Shown piece by piece: positions 25,560 through 38,710 of a stretch of 64,000 nt of DNA. Position 1 is the first letter of the stretch, and every line of letters begins with the position of its first letter. A model generated the notes under the pieces. The model worked only from the letters and a program-made list of their open reading frames with translations. It was not told the origin of the DNA and made no database searches. This DNA comes from Gracilinanus agilis (lineage: Eukaryota): assembly GCF_016433145.1 (NCBI RefSeq), contig NC_058135.1, forward strand, positions 234,004,967 through 234,068,966, read 5' to 3'. The position numbers and the translations under genes are program-made.

Positions 25560-27480
25560 AGGAAAAAATTGCCCAGTCTACCCACTCAATAAAATGCATG
25601 TATTTTCACCCAAATGGTGTTTTTTTATGAATAGGGCTCTTGAAATAAGCATAAATTGTACATCATTCTCTGCATTTTTTAATGTGTTGCTACTGTTAGT
25701 AATTACTACTGAGTGCATATTTAATCCACTGAGGAAATTTGATGCAATTATTCAGTTTATTTGTGATTCCCCTTCAGTCCAAATGTCTGCAAAAAGCAAC
25801 TGACAAGGCAGACAGACTATGGCGAGGTTAGGCGGTTGGAAAGCGAGTCGTGCCTTTTCTGAACTCCGATGAGAGATGTGTTGTCTTGCATTAGCAAAGG
25901 TAAAACGAGAGTGGAATAGGTCCTGCAAAGTATAGAGTTTCTGAGTTTAGGGGATTTTAGATAAAATTACATTTTAAATACAACCATTAAGGACTCTAGA
26001 CCAATTTTGCTCTCTATTCCTACTGTATTGCAGAACCCAATGGGAACTGTGTGTAACTGAGCTCAAAATTTAGCTCAATTTAACTTTCAGGCAAAGTCCT
26101 CCTTCCTTGAGCCTCTTTTCTAGTACTTAGGAGTTGATTGCACCTGGAAATTGGCTGAACAGAAACACGCTGGAGCTTCCCAGCAAGTCTGAAAGAAATG
26201 ATAGGAAGCCCTGGAGAAAAAAGGTCTGGGCTTTTCTCTCCGTCCCCCCATCCGTGGGGTGTTTTTGAGCTGGAGGGTATTTTGTGGGAAACAGACCTTT
26301 AACATTAAAAGGGTCGGCAGATGACGAAAGTGTAAGAGGAGTGAGGGCTCGGTGGGTCTACTTTTCATTTTCTTACTTTGATCAAAAGCGAGGAAGGAAA
26401 GGACCCGTGTTTCACTGAAACTATTTGCTGTCATTAAAATAGTTGGGTGGGAGAGTTCAGCGGGATATGGGGTTGCTGGTGTGACATGGGAAGGGAGCAC
26501 TTCATGGCCACTTTGTTGTGTGGACATCATCCGGGCCCTGTTTCCTCTCAAGTCGATACGCAGCTCTCTGTTATAACATGTTTTTTAATAACAGTCTTAG
26601 AGTCCTCTCGGAGAAGATAGGCGATAGAAGCCCAGATCTGCTCCCAGGTTCTTTATTTTTTTCTTCTTCCTCCCCCTCTTAGGTCTGTTGCCTCATCTAG
26701 AAATAATAAAATAAAAGAAAAAAAAGGCCCGTATTTCCAGGCTTTAAGGGAAGAGTTACGATTAACATTTGTTTGAATAGGTTTCCATCACAACAGGTGC
26801 ACAATTATTTTATGAGTAAAATATTATCAGCCTTCAAAATTAGCCAGGGCAAAAATGCAAGTTGTCTGATTAAATAATCAGACCCGATACTTAAAATGCA
26901 CTTGATTTCCACAGGAATTTTAAGATGCTCAAGTCCCAGTCTCTTTTCTGCCTTTGCAATGGGAGCTGTGATTGTTTGCAGGATGCAAGTAGTAGCTTGT
27001 AGTGCAAACGGTAGGATATACTTTACATAATTCAACAGACATTATTTGAGACCAAACCACTACAAAAATATAATAATAGGTTTTACTTCTAGTCAAACAT
27101 TTTAATCTACCAATGAAGGTATTATGCTGCATGTTAAATCAAGAGAGAGAGGAAGAAAAGTGGACCTCTCTTAGAGAGTTTGGGGAATGTTCTGCATTTA
27201 ATTAGAAGGCAGTTTGGAAACCTGAAACTCAGTGTATTTAGAAAAAAAAATAATTCCGTTAATGGAGGGGAAAAATAATCAGGACGCAGAAGCGTCCTTC
27301 GCAAAATGTGGCAGTTGTCTGTAAGGTTGCTGAATCCCCCAAGGAAGGCGAGATGTGGAGACGGGGGGCCCCCAAGAAGTGAAGCATCCTATGTGAGGCA
27401 ACGTGCTGCCCTAGGAGGCAGCCTCCACCCCGAATCCAGAGTGTAAAAGCTGCAGCTGTCAGAAACCAATTACATGCAGG
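25560..27480. promoter_or_regulatory. Candidate CpG-retaining intronic regulatory island
   Basis: About 32 CpGs counted by eye in 25820-27435 versus about 4 in 1-1600; no recognisable repeat. Confidence 0.45.
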
Positions 27481-28119
27481 TAACTGTTTGTTTTCATATC
27501 TGAATCTGTTTGTCAATCAGGGGAATGCAATGAATCAGGAGATGGGATCTCAAATACAAAACCACAGAGTCAGACAGAGCGTTTGGAGGAGGTCCAAGCC
27601 ACAAAAATTAGGGCAGGGGCACGGAGGGAATCAGAAGTTGTACATGTGGGCATGGCTCCTGCCTCTGCACTTCCTTCCTTCCTCCTTCCCAAAGACACAG
27701 ACCTGGAGGACTGGAAAGGAAGGAGAGTTTTCTGTGGGAAACTACCTATTTGGAACCTTCATTTAAAAAAAAAATTTGAATTTGATCATTTTCAGATCAT
27801 TTGACACTTTCCCAGATGGAAGGCAATAATGCCCTGGAGTTGTTTTAATTTGTGTTTCTGCTCATGATGAGAAAGTTTGAGCAGTTTTTCCAGGTGGCTG
27901 TTGACAAGGGTTGTTTTTTTCTTCTGGAATTTGCTTGTTCTTATTCTTTGGTCATTTCTTCATAGAGTCACGGATGGATCTTACCCTCGAGTTTGTTTCC
28001 ATCCATCCAAAATACAGATTTTCACATGTCTGATTTGTAGGCGAGTCATAATAGAAATTATCTCCATGACAGTCACTTAATAACTGCTTGACGCTATATA
28101 GCACTTTAACATTTACTTT

Positions 28120-29960
28120 CTTTTTAGATTTTTATTAAGCTTTTATTTCACTTTTTAAATGAACATTTATTTTGTTTCACTCTCACTCTCCCTCCATTAA
28201 AAAAAAAAAAGGAAAAGGAAAAAGAAAACCCCTTTACAGACTCATAGTCAAGCAAAACAGAGTCCAGTGCCATCTGTGTCCAAAAATGTATGTCTTCTTT
28301 TGCATGAGTCCATCACCATCACACACCATACACAGGAGGTGTGTAGCATAGTTAAACGTTGGTTCTTTGTTTTTTCTTTTATTATTTGTTTAAACCCTTA
28401 ACTTCTGTGTATTGGTTCCTAGGTGGAAGAGTGGTAAGGGTAGGCAATGGGGGTCAAGTGACTTGCCCAGGATCATACAGCTGGAAAGTGTCTAAGGCCA
28501 GATTTGAACCTCGGACCTCCAGTTTCTAGGCCTGACTCTCAATCCACTGAGCTACCCAGCTACCCCAAACGTTGGTTCTTTGGAGTCATGACTGGTCACA
28601 CCATTGAAAAGAAAGTATTTCAGAATTATCTTTATTAAGTTGTTATTATTTAACTTGTTCTTCTGGTTGTCCTTGCTTCACTCTACATCCCTTTTGTCAT
28701 TTTTTAATGGTACAATAGCATTCCATTCCATTATTCATAACACCATAATTTGTTTAGTCATTGAGACATCCTCTTAGTTACCAGATTTTTGTCAATATAA
28801 GAAGGGCTACTATAAATATTTTTGTACATATGGGTTCTTTTCCTCTTTCTTTGATCTTCTTGGGAGGAAGGCCTATTAATAGTTTCATTGGTCAAAGTAA
28901 CAATTTAGTGATTTTTTTGGGGGGAGCAGAGTTCCAGAATGTTTTGAGAATGGTGCTGCTAATTAATGATTCTGTCAACAGTGTATTAATAATATTCCTG
29001 TTTTCCTAAAGTCCTTCTGACATTTGTAATTTTTGAATTTTTTCTCTTGCTGATAAAAGTGAGACAGACCTCACAGTTGCTTTAATTTGTATTTCTCTAA
29101 TTGTTAGTGATTTGGAACATTTTTTCATATGACTATTAATAGCTTGGATTTCTTTCTTTGAAAATTGCCTCTTCATTTTCTTTGGATATTTATCCATTGG
29201 GAAAGGTTGCTATTCTTATAATTTAAATAAATTCTTATATATTTTGGAAATGAGACTTTATTAGAGGAACTTGCTGTAAATATTTTTCCAGTTAACTATT
29301 TCCTTTCTCATTCTCTTATTTTTAAACTAGTGCCAAATTATTTTGATCAATATTACTTTGCAGTATAATTTGAAAACCCTTCCTTTCCACTGTTTTTAAT
29401 CATTTTCTTTGAAATTCATTACCTTTTGTTCTTCTAGATGGATTTTGTGATTTTTTTCTATCTCTCTTAACATAATCCTTTAGCAGTTTGATTTCTACAA
29501 CATTTAATTATAACTCTAAATAATTAAATTTAGATATTATCCTAATTGTTATTATATTGGCTCTGTCTACCCATGACCAATGAACATTTCTTTGATTATT
29601 TGCTTATTTTTATTTTTATTTTGATTATTTGATTATTTTTATTTCCACAATGTTTTCTAGCTGTATTCATTTAGATCTTTTGCATGCCTTAGCAGGCAAA
29701 TATTTTATTCATGCTATGATTATTGAAATGATTTTTCTTTTTCTATCTCTTCTTGATTGTTTTATTGATATTATGCAGAAATTTGATGTTTTAGTTACTT
29801 TTTATAACCTGAGATTTTGCTAAATTATTATCTCAACTAATTTTTATTTGATTCTCTAAGCAAACTGTCATATTCTACAAAAAGTAATAGTTTTGTTTTC
29901 TTTTTGCCTCAGTTTATTCCTTTGTTTTCCCCAATTTTTCATATCATATTGCTATATAGC
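28120..29960 (-). mobile_element. L1 ORF2 C-terminus and 3' UTR, antisense, degenerate
   Basis: The ORF at 29006-29197 (KKMKRQFSKKEIQAINSHMKKCSKSLTIREIQIKATVR) is L1 ORF2 C-terminal homology. Confidence 0.85.
28370..28566 (-). mobile_element. Young SINE1_Mdo-like SINE (short-3' variant) nested in L1
   Basis: Full-length antisense copy; perfect 16-bp TSD AAACGTTGGTTCTTTG at 28354-28369 and 28567-28582. Confidence 0.92.
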
Positions 29961-31527
29961 TAGTATCATATTTTTGGCACGAACAAAACTTTTATCATAC
30001 ATTATTTTATCATACCCTTCAATAACCATGAGAGGTAGAATGATGGTTATCCCCATTTTACGTTTGAGAAAACTAAAGCCAAAAGAAGGCAATCAACTTG
30101 CTAATGATTCCATAACTGATGTCCAGGGGGAAGATTTGAACTCAAGTATTTCTGAGTCCTGGCCCAAACCTTCACCTATTAGGGGACATTTCTTCTCACC
30201 CCTCTCCCACTTTTTAAAAACCACCCTCTTTTATGAAGCCAAATCCCTAATGGTGGGTTTCAAAATGGAACTCCACTTGTGAACACCATCTATGAACCTG
30301 TCATCTATATATCATGCTGTCCCAGCTTTCCAATGGGCTGAAATTCAGCTACAGCCGTTTCCAATTTATGGAATTGCTTATGAGAAAATGTTAGTTTTTT
30401 CTGGACCCAGGAAAGGTTGTAAACCTCTCTCCAATGTTCAGTGGTGATGCTGTTGTTGTACTTGGTTGCCGTGACACAGACAAAGAGTGCTTGGAAGGTC
30501 TGTTTGTACTAAAACAGGGGAAAGCCTATGGGAACCCTAAAGTTTGCGCTGGGGAACATCAAGAGAACACAAATAGACCTTTCTTAAGGAAGGAGCAAAG
30601 GAAGTGGCAGGGGCACAACTCTCTGTGGTTTACTTCATGCCTAAACTTTCAAGACCAATGGAGAGCCATGGAGCAACTCTTGATGGCTCCTTGAAAGGAG
30701 TCCTTGTGCCTCTGCCGCTCTAGGGCCATGCCAGCAGCCCTTGGCCGGGACACCCTGTGGCTGGGCTTGAACCCGCACAGGTTGATGGGGCGATCCTCAG
30801 TGACCACTGAAGAAGCTGGAAGTCGCCCTCCCAGAAGGCCGCTGGCCCAAGTCATTCCTAGAATAGTTTTTCTTTGTGCCTCATCTCCCAGCCCAGTGCC
30901 TGGCTCTATTTGTGTGGGAGGAAATGGTGATAGCTGCTTAGGAAGAGGATTTATTGGGATGCTGAGACCCCAGGCAATCTATTAATCAATCAACAAACAT
31001 TTATAAGAAAGGGCTTGCAGTATGCCAGGTACCATATAGATGATATCTACATACTAATTAAAAACTAAGTTAAGTATATTAAAATTTAAGATTAAAATTT
31101 AAAAATCCCTTAAACAAAAGGAATGGTTTTTGTATATACTGAATGTATGGACAGTAGTCTATTTATAATATATTTATAATATGTTGTATGTAATATGCAT
31201 TACATATAGAATATTCATATATGCAGCATAGAGAGACTAAATGCAAAATTATGAGGTAGTGAGGGAAGGCACTAGCACGTGGGGGATTAGGCCTGTTTTC
31301 AACATTCTCAGAAAATCTGAGATTATTTCAAGTCAAGTGATGAAGAAAACAAATGAATGAGAAGTGACAAATGAGAAAATTCTTTGGAGATTTTGCTATA
31401 GAAGGAGGAAAGGATGTTTTTCTGCTTATGATAGAGTCACTTTGGAAGAGGAAGTTCAGGAAGGGTCCTTTAGGAAGTTTCACCAAGTTGTATTTCATAA
31501 AGGGACCTTGAAGTAGACCCAGAAACA

Positions 31528-31529
<2 letters not shown>

Positions 31530-31575
<46 letters not shown>
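31530..31575. repeat. Poly(T)46 tract
   Basis: Direct reading. Confidence 0.95.
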
Positions 31576-31578
<3 letters not shown>

Positions 31579-34105
31579 TTCAGGAGTTGCTTCTCTTTAG
31601 TTTTAATCCCATTCACATTTGCATGGTGGAATTTGAATCTGAAGATGCACATTCAGGAAAGGTCCTTTAGAAGTCATCTCACCCATTCACCTTTAGGTAG
31701 GGATGCACTTACAGAATCCCAGATAGTCAATTAGTTATTGAGGCCATAAGTCCCAGTATAGTAAGCACTCAGTATTATTTCAAGTGCTGCAGGGCATTTA
31801 GCAAAAACATAGGATTTTATCCCTAATATTTAGACAGATAAAAAACCTTATGCTTTCAGAGTTCTACAGAGAAAAAGTGATTTCTACCCTCATAGCATCC
31901 CGTGAATATCCAACCCAATAATAAATGGTCCTCTCTCTTGAAAAAGATTTCCTAGTTTCTAACCCAAATCCTCTTTGCTACTTGAAGTGGAAGATGGTTG
32001 ATTATGCCCTGAAGAAGAATTCTTTATCTACTAACCTGTTCTGAGTATAAGCTGCATTCCTCTCCTCTCTATAATAAAAGAAACCAAAGTATTACTCATA
32101 ATTGTATTCACATAAGAAGAGAATGACAATGAAATTGATGAAGGTGAAGACAAAAGGGTTGGAAAAATTTTTAATTGCATTTAGATAAATAAAAAAAGCT
32201 TCTTTATAGTTATATACTATATGTGGGAATTCCATGTAATTTTTTTCAGTGAATATATAGATAGATGTATAAATTATAAATATATGGGTAGCTGCACCTC
32301 TTTATGTTATAGATGTGTTTTCCTTTAAGAGATCTCATTTCAAGGAAAGGTGGGGGGAGACCATGGAGTTCGGGCAGGTAACATAGTGTGGTATAAGGAT
32401 TTAGAATAAAAAAATCGAGGTTCAAATCTTGGTTATGTGACCTTGAGAAAGTTGTTCACCTGCTTTGGACTCTGATTTCCTTCTCCAGCATTAAGGGTTT
32501 GGGCAAGATACTCTAAAGTCTCTTTCATCTCAAAATTCCATGATTCTATATTTACTAGTTGCTTCATATGGTATTTAGTTAAATGATAAATTCTGGCCTT
32601 TAATGAACATAGAGTAATTTCTAGATACAAATAAGTCATTTTTCCTTCAAAGTCCTGCCTCTGTCCTTCTCCATTTTCCTAGACATCCCTCAGCCTTAGA
32701 TTTTAGGGCTATTTCCCCCAAATCCTCCTTTCCTTCATATACCTTTGATTTGTTTCCTTACACTGCCATAGATAGTCAAAGCAGTTAATGCCACATAGTT
32801 CAGATAATAATGGAAGAACTGATTGGCCATGGATGACCTTGATTATGATTTCAGAGTAGATTAGTACTTGCTGTGATTCAGGTGTTCTTACAAATATCTT
32901 AGTGATGTACCCTAAGTTACCATAGACGTGAGCCTACTTCTGACACTGGACAGGGTTCTGGACCAGGTGACCTGAGGGTTTTTATTTCTCATTTTATATT
33001 ATTTGAGTTTCTGGACTAAATGTAAGTTCTTGCCACTTGGAAAGGTTATGAAGCATGAATGACATTTGTAATCTGCAGTAACTAATATTAAATTACACTG
33101 TGATTATTAAATTAAAACTACAAGGAAAATTGAGAAGGGCATTGATGTATTATAAAGACCCTCTTTTCTACCACATAATTTTTTTTAATGTGCCAGTCAG
33201 ACTATATTTACTACACTGCTCAGAAATGTTCAGTGACTCCCTATTGCCTTAAAGATAAATGATATACTCAGCTTCTCACTTAAGATCCTCAACAATTGTC
33301 CTCCAACCTAATCTTTTAGCCTAATTTCCCATTATTCCCCATCATTTGGCTTTATAGTCTGACCAACCAGACTCATTATTCATGGTTCTCTTATCTTCTC
33401 CTGCCCTATCCTGTATTCTATCTATGTATTCACAGAAGCTATTCCTCATGTCTGGAATACATTCTTCGTATATGCCTTTTAGCATCTTTTTTTTTTTCTC
33501 CAGAGTCCAGCATAAGAATCACATCATGTGAGGCAGGATTTGAACTCAGGTCTTCATAACTCAAAGCCTGGTGATCTATTCACTCCTTCACTTAGCTGTC
33601 ATTATTAAGTGCTTTCAATGGATAATGAATGCACTGTACTAGACTCTGGAGATATAAAGACAATAAAAAAATCCATTGTCCTCAAGGAGCTTATATTCTA
33701 TGAGACATACAGCATGTGGATAGATATTAGATGGGAGGCATCATGGCATAGTGAATTTGGTGCTAGAACTCAAGTCAGGAAAACCTGGATTCAAATTCTG
33801 ACTGACATTAGCTGTATGACCTCTGCAAAAGGGCTTGAACCCTCTTTAAATCTTTGGTTTCCTCATCTGTAAATCGAGAGCTAATTATAGCACTTACTTC
33901 ATAGGGTTGTTGTGAGAATGAAATGAGATAACCTCTAACGTGCTTTGCAGGCTTAAAAACACTATCATGTGTTATCATGTGTGGGTATGTGATTTTTTAA
34001 GGTAGAATGAGGCATTAACAACTAGGGGGATCAGGAGAGGCTTCCAGAGGGAGGTGAGCCACGAACTGAGCCTTGGCTGTAGGAATCAGGGACTCTGGCT
34101 AAAAA

Positions 34106-34343
34106 CAGGGGTTCTTTGCTTAGTCATGGAGCATGCCTGACATTTTGGTGAAACCCAAAGAATCCTTTTCAAAATGATGTTTTTAAATGCACCAAATAAA
34201 ATGCAGAGGATTACATAGGAAACCAACTGTATTAAAATAAAGACATCAAAATATAAATAATTAAAAAATAAATTAAAAAATAATTTAAAAAACCTCCCAA
34301 ACAAGATAAACAAGTTCTTTAGATCTTGACTTAAGAACTGCTG
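34106..34343. mobile_element. hAT-Charlie (Charlie4-like) MITE
   Basis: CAGGGGTTCTTT...GACTTAAGAACTGCTG termini; internal TTTTTAAATGCACCAAATAAAATGCAGAGGATTACATAGGAAACCAA. Confidence 0.7.
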
Positions 34344-34943
34344 GTTGGAATTTCAAGACCACAGGGCTAGAACCAAGCCTCAAAGAACCATCTCAGTAAT
34401 GGAGGTCCAAAAGTTCAAGCCTAGCCAGGAAAAAGTGAGTATGTCCTTTAGGCAGTGCTCAGCACACTCCCTCTCCTCAAATCTCTCCTGCTCCTCCGGG
34501 CCAGTGACTCTGTATTTTCTGTATTGGCTTTATCCTCTAATCTCAGTGTGAAGGGCAGATGCATTCTGATAGTCCTGGAGAAGAGCTACCACTCTATAGC
34601 TCTTTCTTGATCATAGCAGAAGCAGAGAGCTGGCTTCACAGAGAGCTCTAGCATCACTAGATTGGATGATACGGATTTTCTTTGGTGAAGCTCTGGAACC
34701 CTCCGATTTAGTGAGATTGACCTTAATTTCTCAGGAATATCTGAAAGTCATCATGGGTTTGAAGGTCAGAATTCCAGCACCTGGAGCAGCTTAGATGGGA
34801 GGTTTGTAATTGTGAAGTTTTGATGACTTGGATTTGGTAGATAATGAAAGCAGAGAGGGGCTTTTTTAGAGGAGGAGAGCTCTCTAAGTTCTGAGTTTGA
34901 ACGGATCATAATATGTTTACAGAGCTGCTGAAAAGTCTCCTCT

Positions 34944-34954
34944 AACACACACAT

Positions 34955-34999
<45 letters not shown>

Positions 35000-35023
35000 A
35001 ACACTCACTCACTCACTCACTCA
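34944..35023. repeat. (CA)n-(CACT)n compound microsatellite
   Basis: Direct reading. Confidence 0.95.
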
Positions 35024-35554
35024 CTGTGTGCTATGTGCCTGGCAGTGTAGGCTGGCTTGTGTGAATTACTTGAAATTTTCTCATCTCCATCGCTAGCTGA
35101 TGGGAAAGCTGATCCTTTCTGTCTTTCCTCTGCATCACCAGACTGTTAACATGGCAGCCTCCCGTTGCCGAGCCAGTTTTTTCATTATCTCAGTGACACT
35201 TGGATGTTTCTATTTGTGATTGAACCTGATTTGGTGGGTGCTGAAGAGGAAGTGATTAAAATATCAGCATCACAGTGAAGTTTTCTCCCACCAAAAGTGA
35301 ATAAACAAATGACATTGCAGAGAGAGAATTGGAGGAGAGATGCCTGTATTTCCTGAGCAGGGTTCCAACACTTCTTTTGGCTTCCCAAACCTGTGCCATC
35401 CTGGAACCCCCAGGAACATTAACAGAAGTAATGAGATACAGATAAATCCTCCTTTCCAAGGTATGGTGGCTGCCTTTGCTGTGCTTTACTTTAGAGTCTC
35501 TTCTGTGACTGAGAGGCACTGCTCCCAAAGGTTAGTTACCCCCCCCCCCCATCT

Positions 35555-35562
35555 CCTCTCTC

Positions 35563-35618
<56 letters not shown>

Positions 35619-36028
35619 TCTCCCTCTCNNNNNNNNNNNNNNNNNNNNNNNNNNNNNNNNNNNNNNNNNNNNNNNNNNNNNNNNNNNNNNNNNNNNNNNN
35701 NNNNNNNNNNNNNNNNNNNNNNNNNNNNNNNNNNNNNNNNNNNNNNNNNNNNNNNNNNNNNNNNNNNNNNNNNNNNNNNNNNNNNNNNNNNNNNNNNNNN
35801 NNNNNNNNNNNNNNNNNNNNNNNNNNNNNNNNNNNNNNNNNNNNNNNNNNNNNNNNNNNNNNNNNNNNNNNNNNNNNNNNNNNNNNNNNNNNNNNNNNNN
35901 NNNNNNNNNNNNNNNNNNNNNNNNNNNNNNNNNNNNNNNNNNNNNNNNNNNNNNNNNNNNNNNNNNNNNNNNNNNNNNNNNNNNNNNNNNNNNNNNNNNN
36001 NNNNNNNNNNNNNNNNNNNNNNNNNNNN

Positions 36029-36066
<38 letters not shown>
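35555..36066. repeat. (CT)n microsatellite flanking both sides of a 400-N gap
   Basis: Direct reading. Confidence 0.9.
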
Positions 36067-36070
<4 letters not shown>

Positions 36071-37729
36071 CCGGTGAGCCCCAGTTATAAGTGGTGGATA
36101 TTTGAGTGGTTTCTCCATTGATTGTAGAGTTCCAACAATGACAAAAGCATGAGCCTTTGACATTTAGAACCCACCCCACCCATCAGAGCTTCCGAAAATC
36201 ATGCCCAGGGGTGATGAGTCAAGTTGGATAACTGTTGATTTAAAGACCAAGTCCCTAGAGCTCTGTGTAGTCACTACTGTTAGCATTGGTGTCAGGCATG
36301 ACTGCACTCTCGTTTTCTAAGAGGTGGAAGTTCTCTGGTTCCATAATGAGGTTTAACAAACTTTACAATTGGGGTCAGGAGGAGGAGGGCAATGTCACGT
36401 TTTCCTTCAAGACATCAGTTGGAAGAATTGATTTTTGTGATAAAAAGATCTTTTCATGCCACTGTATTTTAGACAAGACTGTGGGACTGGCAGCTGCTCT
36501 GAAATTCCCCGTGCTGATGAGGCAGCTCTTCCTCCTCTCCTCCCTCATACCCTCTCAAATTACTCCTGAGTGGGGAGTTCTAGTTATGAGCCCAGTGAGA
36601 TCACTTTAGCCTTTTGAGTCTCTAGTGACTTCCCACAGAACTAAACTTTGATATTTGGAGATGAAACGTGATGGAGTTAATCCTCTCTTCCACCAAACAC
36701 CACAAACATAATGGTCAACTAGCAAAAACATCGACAGAGACAGCAGGTTCCAGTGGAAATAAACCTGGCAGTCAAGTTGCCCAATTTCTTGATCTAGGTC
36801 TAGATCAGTGAGACATTAGGGAAGTCACTTATTCATTAAGCAAATATGTACAAAGCATCCACTATGTCCAATGCACTGAACTAGACATAGGCTAGGAGAG
36901 AAAAGAGGATCAAAAAATGAAGACAAGGTCCATGTGCCCAAAGACCTCAAACCCTGTAAACCTGTTTTCTTATCTATAAAGGGAGGATAGGTAGACTCAG
37001 TGCAATGTCTAAAGCCCTTTCTAGTTCAATGAATCTATAAGATGTAATTGAAAAAGAAGAGAAATATCCATAGAATGTTTCCCTTTAGAAAATGATTATT
37101 CCTGAAATATGAACTGCTTGATGAAACCTGGATTGGCATTTTTCTGCAAAATAAGATTTATCATTCATAAATTTGTGGGCTCTGAGACCTTGCTGTAAGA
37201 TGCAATATTGCTGCCTTTAATGGAGACAGGATCTATGAGACAAAGATTACTTTTTTTTATTATTTTGTAATGGCAATTTAACTGAGGGAAGATATCAATT
37301 CATCACCAACAAAGCAGTTACCTCATTCCCTCTATGTATCATGTCTCTGCCATTTTCACAAATATTATACAAACCAGGCTGATCTGAACTCCTGAAGTCT
37401 TAATCAGATTTTCATTCATAGCATAGTATTGGACAGCTAAGAGGGGGCTTGAGGAGATTTGCTGATAGATACATGACCCTCTTTTGATATTGGACTGCTC
37501 CTCAGTTTTCCAGGAATGTTTATTGCCTGTTACAGACCTAAAAACATCCTAAAGTCACTTTTGGAACTATGTTCCTTTGACATCTGAGAGTCCTACTTAC
37601 AATTTAACTTAAACTGCACAGAAGTTGGGAGGAATGCATGAAAAAACATCCACGAAGCACCTACTATATATCAGACTCTGGGCTAAGCACTGGAGATACA
37701 GGCATATGAAAGCAAGATGATCAGGGCCT

Positions 37730-38710
37730 TGGAGGAAAACCAAATAAAAGAAGCATTTCCATATGCAAAGTTGAATAGAAAAGGAGGATTCTATGTGAAA
37801 CTGTAAATTTCTTTTATGTACAATTTATTTTTCATTTTAAGCATATAATAAATTGAATATATAACCTTCAAAGCTATCTGCGGATCTGTCTCTCTGACCT
37901 TCCTTCTGTTTTTTTTTTCTGTGCATGAAAAATACTTCAGCAAATTTCTTTTTAATTTTTTCTTTCATAACCCTCTACTTCCTGACTCTATTCAAAGCTC
38001 CAGTACAACAGTAGACAGTCTTCCTTTAGCCCTTCGATCAATTGTCATTTTCTGTTTTTTTTTTTTGCCATCTTTGTCAATCTGGTGAGGCAGAACCTCA
38101 GAGCTCTTGAAGCTTACATTTTGCTTATTATTAGAAGTTTGAAGTATTGTTTCATATACCTGTTGAAAATTTGCATTTTTTTTCTTTGAGAATGGCCTGT
38201 AGGGCAGCTAAGTAGCTCAGTTTATTGAAGCCAGGTCTAGAAATGGAAAGCCCTGGGTTCAAGTCTGTTCTCAGATGTTTCTTCCCTTGCCAAGTCACTT
38301 AACCCCCACTGCCTAGCCCTTACCACTCTTCTGCCTTGGATTCAATATGAATATTGATTATCAGATGGAAGATAAGGGGTTAAAAAATACTAGAGAGCAG
38401 CCTGTTCATATCCTTAAGAAGAGTTTTCATTCCTATATATTTGAAACACTTCCTTATAGAGCCTGCATGTCAGAGAAACTTGCCGCAAAGATTTTTCTCC
38501 CAGTTAACTTTTCCAAATCCTTTTAACTACATTTGCATTTGTGGGAAGCCTTTTAGAATTCATGTAATCACAACTGGCCATTTTATCTTCTGTAAGCCTC
38601 TCTATCTTTTGTTTGGTTGTAAACTCTCCCCCTTTCCATAGTTGTTAAAAGCATTTTCTTCCTTTCTTTCTTAGTTTATGAGATGATCTTCTCTATCTAA
38701 GTCATGTACC
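37730..38710 (-). mobile_element. Old L1 ORF2 fragment, antisense, carrying a + strand SINE1-like insert (38202-38386)
   Basis: Antisense L1 motifs (TTATCAGAGAAACTTG-like, CCTTTTAGAATTCATGTAATCA); SINE head GGGCAGCTAAGTAGCTCAG and tail GATAAGGGGTTAAAAAA. Confidence 0.7.

Noticed and set aside
29006-29197. Protein-like ORF MDKYPKKMKRQFSKKEIQ...
   Set aside because: Decayed L1 ORF2 C-terminus, not a host gene.
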